From a virus (taxonomy: Duplodnaviria; Caudoviricetes), in IMG/VR virus record IMGVR_UViG_3300009873_000012, positions 6,136-70,135 of that record: DNA of 64,000 bases; one strand, 5' to 3'. Position numbers and translations under genes: made by a program. The notes under the pieces were generated by a model. The model was not told the DNA's origin. It was given only the letters and a program-made list of their open reading frames with translations, and did not search any database. Below, piece after piece: positions 56,035-64,000 of the stretch. How positions within the stretch are numbered: position 1 is the stretch's first letter; each line of letters starts with the position of its first letter.

Positions 56035-57418
56035 CTACTCTGGTAACCTCTGATTTAAGTTTACCTTCAGTAATTCTAAAATATTCTTCTTCTATTTTTA
56101 TGTTTATATAGTCGCCACTTTGTAGTCCTTTGCCATGCCTACAAGCTTGTGTTACTATTTTAAAGTTATCTCCTCCATCGGCAGCGAGTTCTTCTATGTC
56201 TTTTCTTTTTAAAATAGATAAGTTAGAGCAAAACCATAAAATTCTATCTGATTGGGCAATAATGTCTGTAGATTCTCGACTTAAACCATCTCTATTGAGT
56301 TGTACAAACGTTAAAATTGGGACCCTGTACTTTTTTGAGAAGTTATGTAGAGAGGAGACCATAAAACCAATAGCCTGATCTTCTCTTAAATTTTTTAAAG
56401 GCGATTGATCCAATAGCTTGATATAATCGAATATAATCATACAGGGATTTGCCGAGCCATCAAAATTTATTCCGACTTTCTTATATAACCATCGGCGCAT
56501 TGTAGAAATTTGTTCTTCTGGACTAATGTCGCCTATATACTTATGTTCTAATTTTAAATTTTTAAGCTTCTCTCCTGCGGACTCTACAGATTGTTTTTTA
56601 CTTATACTTCTTGTAAATTGCCCAGTTTCTATTTCATTAATACTGACGCGTGATTCGCACGCGATTAGGCGCGGCAACTGCTCATATTCTTGGAGTTCTG
56701 TATCCATATAAAGAACCGGTATATTCATCATAGATACGTGTTTTCCCACGTTCAAGGCAAAACCTGACTTAAAGTTTTTTGCGCGTGCTCCTATAACATT
56801 AACGGTTCCGGGTCTTAGCCCGCCTCCAATAGCTGTATCGAACAAGGGAAACCCCGTAGATATACCAATTTGCTCTACTGGATTTTCTTGCTTTTTCTTT
56901 ATATAATCACATACAAGATTGCCCAATGAACATGGATCTTCATCATGACTATTAATTAACTTGCTTAAGTCAAATATTGGGTTTTCAGCTAAACCTATAA
57001 TAGTAGCTATTGATTCATTGCCTGTAATCTCACTAATTGTTTTTTTGGCTTCCTCTAACTGGTTGTTGATGAGGCGCGCTATTGCCAACTTTCTTACTTT
57101 AGAAGCGAATCCAAATACATTGCTTTGTTCTACTGAAAAATTTAATACTTGTTCTATATGATCTTTTGCTTTATTGTTCTTAAGTAGATGATCAACACCC
57201 AGATCTTGAGCGGCGCTATAAATTGAGGCTAGATCTAATTTAACAGCTGACAACTTTTCAAATATATGTGAAAAACAAGAATACAGAATTTGATTTTCCA
57301 AAACTATGAATGAGCTTGGCTGCTGGATAATGTCCGCTATATCTATATAACAATCCTTGCCGTATTTATATACGCCGGCTAAACATGCTTTCTCAGCCGC
57401 CGCATCAAATAACTGCAT
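56000..57418 (-). CDS. dnaB: Replicative DNA helicase (DnaB family)
   Basis: GISTGF..FD..IGGGLRPG..NVIGAR, LYMDTE, IIFDYIKL, QLNR, SDRI.W. Confidence 0.88.
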   Translation of the reverse strand: MQLFDAAAEKACLAGVYKYGKDCYIDIADIIQQPSSFIVLENQILYSCFSHIFEKLSAVKLDLASIYSAAQDLGVDHLLKNNKAKDHIEQVLNFSVEQSNVFGFASKVRKLAIARLINNQLEEAKKTISEITGNESIATIIGLAENPIFDLSKLINSHDEDPCSLGNLVCDYIKKKQENPVEQIGISTGFPLFDTAIGGGLRPGTVNVIGARAKNFKSGFALNVGKHVSMMNIPVLYMDTELQEYEQLPRLIACESRVSINEIETGQFTRSISKKQSVESAGEKLKNLKLEHKYIGDISPEEQISTMRRWLYKKVGINFDGSANPCMIIFDYIKLLDQSPLKNLREDQAIGFMVSSLHNFSKKYRVPILTFVQLNRDGLSRESTDIIAQSDRILWFCSNLSILKRKDIEELAADGGDNFKIVTQACRHGKGLQSGDYINIKIEEEYFRITEGKLKSEVTRVDEIDNEERINF

Positions 57419-57853
57419 TTACATACGCCCTTTCTTCATACACTTATCACACTCATAATAGTAACCATCTCCATCGTGTTTCATCAAAGTGCCAGATACC
57501 TTAAATGTTTTGTTGCATGATCTACATTCAGTATTGACTAAATTTGATCTTTCTGCTCTTGGAGTTACTGTTCTCTTAATCTTTTTGTCAAAGTCTTTAC
57601 TGTCTTTATCTATTGCTTTTACCTCATTTGAAACTTCGCCCTTAATCCAATTATGGAATTCATTAACGTGCTTATCTTTGTTTACTGGTACTGAATCTTT
57701 AGAGGTTGTTTTTGCTGGCACAGCACAACTTTTTGGCGGACGCTTTTTCTTTTTAGTCTCTGTGGACGTTTCACTATCCTTCAATAGTTGTTCGGCAATT
57801 TGTTTTTTAATGTCTGCCGGTAGTGACTCTAATATTTTTGCTAGGTTTTCCAC
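57419..57853 (-). CDS. Hypothetical Zn-finger protein
   Basis: C-terminal CRSC...CDKC. Confidence 0.6.
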   Translation of the reverse strand: MENLAKILESLPADIKKQIAEQLLKDSETSTETKKKKRPPKSCAVPAKTTSKDSVPVNKDKHVNEFHNWIKGEVSNEVKAIDKDSKDFDKKIKRTVTPRAERSNLVNTECRSCNKTFKVSGTLMKHDGDGYYYECDKCMKKGRM

Positions 57854-58329
57854 GATTTTACCTTCCCATAATTAGAAAATAAATCTGAATAATTTTTTAT
57901 AAGATTAGGTAAATGTTCTACAGATTTAATTAAACATTCTGCCTTACTTTTTATTGAAAGCGCCTTTTTAAGGTTTGGATACTCTTCAGAAATTGCCGCA
58001 ACCTTTATATCTTTTGGCATATACTTATCATAATTATTCCAATGCTTAGATACTACATTAGATATATAAGCATCGCACCAATTAATTCTGGACTGCTCTC
58101 TATTAATCTCGCGCTGTAAAAAAATTGAATATTGTAATAGTTCCATGCTGATTTCATAACAGGTTTCTGCATCTAATTTGTCTAGCTGGTCGCGCGACAT
58201 AGATGAATACATTTCAAAAGATTCTATTGGAGAGGCATTTCCCTTTAATTTCAAATGATCTGAATACTCATTTAAGATTATGTCCAATTGATGATCTAAT
58301 GATGTCACCCCACTTTGCGATTCCGTCAT
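57841..58329 (-). CDS. Coiled-coil protein, possibly a UvsY-like recombination mediator
   Basis: All-helical 162-aa protein two genes downstream of recA. Function is inferred. Confidence 0.4.
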   Translation of the reverse strand: MTESQSGVTSLDHQLDIILNEYSDHLKLKGNASPIESFEMYSSMSRDQLDKLDAETCYEISMELLQYSIFLQREINREQSRINWCDAYISNVVSKHWNNYDKYMPKDIKVAAISEEYPNLKKALSIKSKAECLIKSVEHLPNLIKNYSDLFSNYGKVKSWKT

Positions 58330-58678
58330 ATTTTAGTTCCACCAATTCTATATTATTGAGTTCACACCAACGTCTTTTAAGTTCGTCGGTGTTTTTCTGT
58401 TTTAAAAAGCCGCGCTTATCTGAATGAAAAAATGAAACTAATTTGTAGTGTTGTTGCCCCTGAACTTCAAAAGCTATTCTAAGGGTGGGGAGAAAAATAT
58501 CTAAATAAAGTGTAGTTCTTCTATTTACTCTTATTGGAATTTCATGACATAAAACAATGGCGGGAAATAATTCTAGTATTTTTTCTTCTGCGGTAAGGTG
58601 TAGCTTAGAGGCATTATCACGAGGACAATTTGTTACCTTCAACTTATATTCTAAGCCATCCAAATCCTTAACTTTCAT
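58268..58678 (-). CDS. Vsr/DUF559-like endonuclease
   Basis: LYLDIFLP...AFEVQGQQHY...D..K..WC..NNI.LVE pattern. The start is placed at the Met at 58678. Confidence 0.7.
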   Translation of the reverse strand: MKVKDLDGLEYKLKVTNCPRDNASKLHLTAEEKILELFPAIVLCHEIPIRVNRRTTLYLDIFLPTLRIAFEVQGQQHYKLVSFFHSDKRGFLKQKNTDELKRRWCELNNIELVELKYDGIAKWGDIIRSSIGHNLK

Positions 58679-59645
58679 TGAATAGGGCAACCCCTTCAGA
58701 TATTTGATCAAAAAGCTCTTTGTCTTCTTTCATCGCCTGAATGAATTTTGCCTTTCCTTGAAATTGTTTATCCCCAAAATTATACCATGCGCCCTTTGAA
58801 TTGACAACCTTATAAGTGTCAGCTATATCAAATAATTCGGCAACATCATCAATACCTTCTGGAGTTTCTGGCGTTCCATATCTAAACTTTCCAACTCCAG
58901 TGCGCCCCTTTGTAACCAAAATAGAATTCTCACATTTCCAATGGATGTCTTGCCCTATAACGGGACCATCAACAATATCTTGCCATTTTGTAGCGTGACT
59001 CACCTCTATCTTAAAATCCATTGCATATTGAATTTTATTACCAGATGCCTCTATCCTAGTTTTATAACCCTTACCAGAAGTATTAGCAATAATATGGGTG
59101 ATCCCAATAAAAATATTGTTTGTTATACCTAAGTTAGATGCCAATACCTTAGAAAGTCTAGATAGAATGCCTGGGGTTTGATCGCGGTAATTATCGCCAA
59201 TTTCGCCGCTTCTTAAATCGCGCGGGCATAGCTGCGAAATAGAATCGGCAATAACAATTAATTTGTCTTCAGTTTGCATTTTCTCGTAGATCATCTCAAC
59301 AAAGTCTTCTGCATCAAGAATATTACCTTTAGACGATCTCATCACACTAAAGCGTTCTGGAGACAAGTCTAGTCCTTTAATTGACGCTAGATCGCGCTTA
59401 TGAACGCGATGCTCAATATCTGCATATAATATATTATAGCCTACCTTCTGGGCTCTTGCAGCTATATCTAGACAGGTGATTGTTTTACCGCCTTTTTGGA
59501 TGCCCGTTACAATTACAAAGCTTCCTCCTAGAAGCCCACCCATTATATCATTGAGAGTGGGACTTAGTTTAATATACTCTCGCTGTCTTTCAATAACGCA
59601 CGAGGCAGGAAATATAGCCTTAGATAGTTTCTTTTCTTTGCTCAT
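58668..59645 (-). CDS. recA: RecA/UvsX-like recombinase
   Basis: G.QKGGKT, YADIEH, IADSISQL, FIGITH, SGNKIQYA.D, and the C-terminal KGAWYNF...FQGK. Confidence 0.88.
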   Translation of the reverse strand: MSKEKKLSKAIFPASCVIERQREYIKLSPTLNDIMGGLLGGSFVIVTGIQKGGKTITCLDIAARAQKVGYNILYADIEHRVHKRDLASIKGLDLSPERFSVMRSSKGNILDAEDFVEMIYEKMQTEDKLIVIADSISQLCPRDLRSGEIGDNYRDQTPGILSRLSKVLASNLGITNNIFIGITHIIANTSGKGYKTRIEASGNKIQYAMDFKIEVSHATKWQDIVDGPVIGQDIHWKCENSILVTKGRTGVGKFRYGTPETPEGIDDVAELFDIADTYKVVNSKGAWYNFGDKQFQGKAKFIQAMKEDKELFDQISEGVALFNES

Positions 59646-60021
59646 CTATTTTATCCAATACCGTTTTCTTTTTTGAAAATTCACCCTTGCTATTGTAAAT
59701 GCGTTTTGGATTGACTGTAGGTTCAGGTTTTTCTATCTTAATGGTTTTACAGATTTTTTCAAGGTATGGAGAATTAATAGAAGATAGTATTTTGCAAGTT
59801 TTATCGTCTAGTGCCTTTAGAACAACCTCTATTGGGAATTTTTTTAATAGTTTATTTGCACTGATAACTTGATATCGGAAATATTTTTTCCAGTTTGGTA
59901 AATTCCAAAAATTATCTATTAAGTCTACATTTATTTGTTTGGCTCGCCGCTCGCACATTAGCTCAGCTAAGTATTGAGCTGGCGTTACTTTCTTGGTTGT
60001 GTACTTAGATTGAAATTTCAA
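59620..60021 (-). CDS. Hypothetical protein
   Basis: 133 aa basic helical ORF coupled to neighbours. Confidence 0.6.
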   Translation of the reverse strand: MKFQSKYTTKKVTPAQYLAELMCERRAKQINVDLIDNFWNLPNWKKYFRYQVISANKLLKKFPIEVVLKALDDKTCKILSSINSPYLEKICKTIKIEKPEPTVNPKRIYNSKGEFSKKKTVLDKIDEQRKETI

Positions 60022-60749
60022 TAGAATATTGTTTCAAGAAGTACCGCACTTTTAAACAAAGCCTTTAATTGGTCTTGCTGTACTGGTACTAGACTATCAG
60101 CCGTTATAATTTCGCACTTCTCTTTAATGGAGAACATCTTATCTATAAGTAGGTCTATAGAATAGTTGTAGAAGTTTTCACACGTGAATTTATTCAACTC
60201 TATAAATACATAGCGAGCCCTACTGAAAAACTCTGGGGCGGCATTGATCGTGTCTAATTCGGCACCCTCAATGTCAATTTTAATCAAATCATAATCGTTT
60301 TCCAAAAACTCGCTTAGTTTGCGCGTCTTAACGGTGGTTCTCACTTCGTTGGATTGCTTATAAGAGCTAGTACAACTAAAAGAACAAGCGTGGTTATTAG
60401 GGTTAAAGCTAAAGTTAACATATTTTCCATCTCCAACAAATTCGCGGTGTGTAATTAACATAGAGTCGTTCATGTTGGCATTTTGAATTAAGAAGGCATT
60501 GTTTTCTTCTGAGCCTTCTATGCAATCAACACAAAAACCAAGTTTGTCTAATAAGATTGAGTGGATTCCTATGTTTGCTCCGATGTCTAGAGCGCGTTTA
60601 GATCCTACAAAACTTTTGGAAACTAAAGCCATAGCCTTTTGAACGTGCGGTTCATATACTCCACGACTTAATTGTCCAGAAATACTTTTATCTCCTTCAA
60701 AATTCAGGACTTTGATTGGTCCAGCAGGACTTTGTATACTATGAATCAT
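60018..60749 (-). CDS. FkbM-family SAM-dependent methyltransferase
   Basis: ALDIGANIG, and DLIKIDIEGAE...FIELN. Confidence 0.88.
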   Translation of the reverse strand: MIHSIQSPAGPIKVLNFEGDKSISGQLSRGVYEPHVQKAMALVSKSFVGSKRALDIGANIGIHSILLDKLGFCVDCIEGSEENNAFLIQNANMNDSMLITHREFVGDGKYVNFSFNPNNHACSFSCTSSYKQSNEVRTTVKTRKLSEFLENDYDLIKIDIEGAELDTINAAPEFFSRARYVFIELNKFTCENFYNYSIDLLIDKMFSIKEKCEIITADSLVPVQQDQLKALFKSAVLLETIFY

Positions 60750-61240
60750 TCGTACTGTCCAGTCTTTGTATTAAAAATAGAGTTTCTAGTGCTTCGATTA
60801 GGCTTTGGAGTAAGTGGTTTATCGCCTGTTGCTGAGGCGGCGCCCGTCATAACGGTGACACCGTCGCGAATCCCAAATTGAGTCTTATGAGAAAACTTAC
60901 TAGACTTAGATTCACTTACAATATTATCATAAATGGTTTTTACTTCGGGAACCGAGTTGCCCAAATCAATCTTTTTAAGGGCGGCGGACACCATTTGTTC
61001 GGCATTCTCGTTAGTATGTCCTTCCTTAATTAAATAGCTGATTGCTCCCTTGGCGGCATTTTCCCATTCTTTAACAATGTCGTCCTCGTTCTTTGAAGCG
61101 ACAGCTTTCTCTTCTAAATATTTTTCCACTAGCTTACTCCCCTTCGTTTTGCCTAATTCATCCTTGATTTCTTCTAGGGTTTTTCCCGCACTAATCATTC
61201 CATCAATTGCATATTTTTCTACGTTGCTTAGTCCAGCCAT
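60746..61240 (-). CDS. Hypothetical protein with N-terminal HTH-like segment
   Basis: GKTLEEIKDELGKTKG.KLVEKYL. Confidence 0.55.
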   Translation of the reverse strand: MAGLSNVEKYAIDGMISAGKTLEEIKDELGKTKGSKLVEKYLEEKAVASKNEDDIVKEWENAAKGAISYLIKEGHTNENAEQMVSAALKKIDLGNSVPEVKTIYDNIVSESKSSKFSHKTQFGIRDGVTVMTGAASATGDKPLTPKPNRSTRNSIFNTKTGQYE

Positions 61241-61241
61241 C

Positions 61242-61616
61242 TTAAGACCTCTTTGCTAAATTTAAGAATGCTTTATTGCCAGTAGAGATAAAGTCAATGT
61301 AGGCTTCGAATGTTGCCTTCTTAACTTCTTTTAGGCGCCACTTTGGCATTCCCATACTCTTTTGACTTGATTCGGCTATAAAGCTTTTATTATTAGGATC
61401 GAAAAATTCGCCCTTGTCGTTCATCTTAATAAAGAACTTTGATACAAGCCCATTTACTATGCGGCGAGCACAAGCATATTGACTGTCTGCGGCGCCGGGT
61501 TCTGTTAAAAGTCCGTACCCTTGAACTTCCATGTCTGCGTGTCGTCTATGACAAATTACTTGATCTATGAATTGGGTTTTTTCTACGTCTTTATTTGGTA
61601 CAAAGGAATCACTCAC
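61242..61616 (-). CDS. Hypothetical protein
   Basis: 124 aa ORF coupled to neighbours. Confidence 0.6.
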   Translation of the reverse strand: MSDSFVPNKDVEKTQFIDQVICHRRHADMEVQGYGLLTEPGAADSQYACARRIVNGLVSKFFIKMNDKGEFFDPNNKSFIAESSQKSMGMPKWRLKEVKKATFEAYIDFISTGNKAFLNLAKRS

Positions 61617-61866
61617 GTTTTGTCCTCGTTTTCTCTTTCAAATACTCTAGTTTATCACTAGAGAATCTCTCAGAATTCCGATCAGCAAGCGAGCCGAGGG
61701 TTTTTGGTCCCTCGTACACGCTCACTGACTCCGCAAGGAAGTCTCGATGAACCTGTTTGGTTTTCTTGCATTGCGGACACTCTGGCAACAAATGGCATTC
61801 TGACATGTAGGAAACATTTTCAAAATACACTTCACATTTATCACATCTATAGCAATATGTAGGCAT
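61609..61866 (-). CDS. FmdB-family zinc-ribbon protein
   Basis: MPTYCYRCDKC...F...CPQC. Confidence 0.85.
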   Translation of the reverse strand: MPTYCYRCDKCEVYFENVSYMSECHLLPECPQCKKTKQVHRDFLAESVSVYEGPKTLGSLADRNSERFSSDKLEYLKEKTRTKRE

Positions 61867-62516
61867 TATAGTTTTATTATCTTATTGTAAATTTTACCCA
61901 TAAGGTTGTGCCGGCAAATGTCATCCTCGGTAAAAAACACCTTACGAATATTTTCATCTTCTAAATTATCCATAATTTTGGCGAAAAAACATTCATTTGG
62001 ACTATCGGTCTGATGACGATCTCCACAAACGATAATTTTTGAGCCATTACTCATTCTGGATATAAACGTTAAAATGTCGTGTCTGGAACAATTTTGGGCT
62101 TCATCTAGAATCATAATAGTATTTTCGAAATTCCTGCCGCGTAATAGTTCAGTAGCCGTAATCTCAATAATGCGGTCTTCCCAAAGCTTATCAAATATTA
62201 GAGCGCCTCCCAAAAAATCTTGAAAGTACTCAACGTGCTGCTCAAAATAATCTAGACACTTTTCTCTAAAAGAGCCGGAAGTATATCCCATAGCTCGCGA
62301 AGTATGCATTGTTGATTGACAAACTACCACCTTTTCGGCATTATGTAGTGCTAATGCTTGAGCGGCAAGTCCAACACTCATGTAGGTTTTTCCGCAACCG
62401 GGTAATGATTCTAAAAATACAAAGTCACTAAAATTATAAGCCTCGATAAACTTTTTCTGATTTTCAGTCCTTGGCTTGATCTTCACTGTTGGTAGAGTTA
62501 ATTGCTTTTTTGACAA
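61866..62516 (-). CDS. phoH: PhoH-family ATPase
   Basis: P.TENQ, PGCGKTY, LRGRNF, ILDEAQN, RMSNGSK....GD..Q.D, and DICRH.L. Confidence 0.9.
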   Translation of the reverse strand: MSKKQLTLPTVKIKPRTENQKKFIEAYNFSDFVFLESLPGCGKTYMSVGLAAQALALHNAEKVVVCQSTMHTSRAMGYTSGSFREKCLDYFEQHVEYFQDFLGGALIFDKLWEDRIIEITATELLRGRNFENTIMILDEAQNCSRHDILTFISRMSNGSKIIVCGDRHQTDSPNECFFAKIMDNLEDENIRKVFFTEDDICRHNLMGKIYNKIIKL

Positions 62517-62676
62517 GTTCGAGGATCTCCAGGGGCAAGGTGGCGGTCTTTCTTAGCTCGCTATAACCAATTACCATAAGTGCGACCCCTATAGCAAACT
62601 GAATATTAGAAGTAAGTACTAGAATGACACCTACTAGGAAGAGGGCTGCAAAACCGAGCTTTTTGTATATTTCCAT
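62464..62676 (-). CDS. Small two-TM membrane protein (holin candidate)
   Basis: Two hydrophobic helices (LGFAALFLVGVILVL; FAIGVALMVIGY) and a charged C-terminal tail, preceded by the late-promoter motif. Confidence 0.5.
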   Translation of the reverse strand: MEIYKKLGFAALFLVGVILVLTSNIQFAIGVALMVIGYSELRKTATLPLEILELVKKAINSTNSEDQAKD

Positions 62677-62731
62677 CTTTAAACCACTTATTTTTAAGCT
62701 TAATTCGGGAAACCCAAAGTTACCCGGACAC

Positions 62732-62743
62732 TATATATACACC
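62732..62743 (-). promoter_or_regulatory. Putative late promoter GGTGTATATATA on the minus strand, with a 5' UTR hairpin
   Basis: The reverse complement reads aataaacGGTGTATATATAg, compared with aataacGGTGTATATAAT at 25651. A hairpin CGGGTAAC-tttgg-GTTTCCCG lies at 62706-62726. Confidence 0.55.
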
Positions 62744-62745
62744 GT

Positions 62746-63102
62746 TTATTCTTCTTTGCCTGTATTTTTGTTAAAGCGGACCCAGCCATTATCAGGCAGC
62801 CAATTGTTATCAGCATCCTTAACTTTAGGAAACAAGGTTCCACCCTTCTTATGTTGTCCAAAGGCACGCTTAACACCATATAGTTCACCGGGCTCTACGC
62901 ATCGGAGTTCAAAATATTTGTTATTTTCTGAATCTTCTCTTACTACAAAACGTACATTATCCGAAGATTTACCGTATTTTTTACAGACCCGGTCTTCAAA
63001 TACTTCCTGAAATTCAGACAATTGTTCTACGATGTCAGTTTGAGTTTTGCCTTCGATCTCCACAGAAATTCTTCCATCTTTCGTTGTGTAAACAACCTTC
63101 AT
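62746..63102 (-). CDS. Hypothetical protein
   Basis: 118 aa with a strong SD (AAGGA); contains VRFVVRE...NKYFELRC...FGQHKKGGTLFPK. Confidence 0.65.
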   Translation of the reverse strand: MKVVYTTKDGRISVEIEGKTQTDIVEQLSEFQEVFEDRVCKKYGKSSDNVRFVVREDSENNKYFELRCVEPGELYGVKRAFGQHKKGGTLFPKVKDADNNWLPDNGWVRFNKNTGKEE

Positions 63103-63998
63103 TTGTTTTTCCTTATTAAAGAATAATTCATATAGCGCTCATCAGGGTCGAAATTAACCACAGTATCAGATTTTACTGGAATAATGATACCGCCGCCATA
63201 ATCACTAGAGACATTATAATCTACGAACGCGTTCAAGTTAACCATTTTTTGGTTAGATTTGAAATTAATATAAAAATTAGCACTGTCTGAGTTTAGTTTA
63301 AGACCGCTATTATAGTAATGGTAGTTTTCATCGCTATACAGGTAGTCTAGAATTTGTAATTCGTCTAAGATGACTATAAATTTGTCAGTTTGTAAAAAAT
63401 AGATTTCTGGATGAATTAAAACTCTTTTTCTTCCATGAATAGCTGGTTTGTAATTATGCCAGTTTAAAAATCTTTCATATTTTCTTTCAAGTTTAAATTT
63501 TGCTCCTGAGTATATTCGTGTTAAAAAATCTAAACATTTTTGCGAATTCCATGCTAGTCCTACGCTGCTAATACCCCCGCCATAAATTTGTTGAATAGAA
63601 TTTTTCATATTTGTTGAAGATGTAGATATTGAACATTTCGGACTTTTTACTCGCGTTAATGTAGATGAAACGCTACCATCTCCATCAAAATATCCAAGCA
63701 TAAAAGCATCGTAAAATTCTTCATTGATTTTAGGAAAACATATTGTGTGTGATTTTTTACCTGGATTAATTTGGAGTAGACTACAAAGATTTTGCATTAT
63801 TTCTACTGAATATATTTTAAGCAAAGCTATGTCATTTGTATTGATAGAAATTTTCATATTTGGATCTAAAATAGATTTTATGTATTCTAGAACACATTGA
63901 TCTCGCTTGTGAACCCCTATGTAAATCGTGCCATTTTTATAAATATTACCATCACTTGCGATCCACCCAAGAATATAAGCTTTTTCCCAGCTATCGAT
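63099..63998 (-). CDS. LAGLIDADG endonuclease fused to a degenerate dUTPase-like C-terminus, 5' end truncated by the window edge
   Basis: The frame is open to the window end and reads IDSWEKAYILGWIASDG (motif 1), then AFMLGYFDGDG (motif 2). The C-terminal YYNSGLKL...SDYGGGIIIPV resembles dUTPase motifs. Confidence 0.7.
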   Translation of the reverse strand: MDSWEKAYILGWIASDGNIYKNGTIYIGVHKRDQCVLEYIKSILDPNMKISINTNDIALLKIYSVEIMQNLCSLLQINPGKKSHTICFPKINEEFYDAFMLGYFDGDGSVSSTLTRVKSPKCSISTSSTNMKNSIQQIYGGGISSVGLAWNSQKCLDFLTRIYSGAKFKLERKYERFLNWHNYKPAIHGRKRVLIHPEIYFLQTDKFIVILDELQILDYLYSDENYHYYNSGLKLNSDSANFYINFKSNQKMVNLNAFVDYNVSSDYGGGIIIPVKSDTVVNFDPDERYMNYSLIRKNK

Positions 63999-64000
63999 AG

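Larger units (their letters stand above)
1..64000. other. Segment of a large tailed dsDNA bacteriophage genome (late/morphogenesis arm on +, replication arm on -)
   Basis: Terminase, portal, protease, capsid, tail tube and tape measure occur in canonical order on +. DnaE, DnaB, primase, SSB, RecA and PhoH lie on -. No host housekeeping genes were seen. Confidence 0.95.

Noticed and set aside
546-63010. Numerous short opposite-strand or alternate-frame ORFs in the track (for example 546-740, 14416-14928, 18444-18872, 29476-29781, 46782-47108, 62624-63010)
   Set aside because: They lie wholly within well-supported genes, lack RBS and recognisable motifs, and look like shadow ORFs.

Overview
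This window is a 64 kb, AT-rich, gene-dense segment of a large tailed dsDNA phage genome, organised as two convergent arms. The + strand arm (1-41755) is the morphogenesis region. It carries a sigma-factor-like gene cut by the window edge, a putative small terminase, GDP-mannose 4,6-dehydratase, an ERCC4 nuclease, the large terminase, an 86-aa-repeat fibre protein, portal, connector, two paralogous beta-helix proteins, protease/scaffold, decoration protein and major capsid protein. After these come a trypsin-like protease, LamG and fibre proteins, neck and tail-completion genes, tail tube, chaperones, a 1651-aa tape measure and tail-tip genes. No tail sheath was recognised, so the tail is probably long and non-contractile. 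The - strand arm (41742-64000) is DNA metabolism. It carries a PhoH, an FkbM methyltransferase, RecA, DnaB, primase, a dNMP kinase, a PD-(D/E)XK nuclease, SSB, and a DnaE polymerase split into two genes. The C-terminal DnaE gene holds a 207-aa intein, and a DEDDh exonuclease and a tandem paralog array sit between the two halves. A glycosyltransferase cluster follows. Three free-standing homing-endonuclease genes are present. The most notable signals are: (i) a recurring GGTGTA(T/A)AT element upstream of late genes, which with the phage sigma-like gene suggests a private late-transcription system, including a nested scaffold gene with its own promoter and RBS; (ii) unusually Cys-rich shell, tail-tube and tip proteins against a Cys-free tape measure; (iii) strong GCGC over-representation that is missing from apparently recent acquisitions; (iv) a phage-encoded sugar biosynthesis and transfer set. 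No tRNA, rRNA, CRISPR array, integrase or reverse transcriptase was recognised. All functional calls come from motif recognition by eye and all counts were made by hand; no database searches were run.
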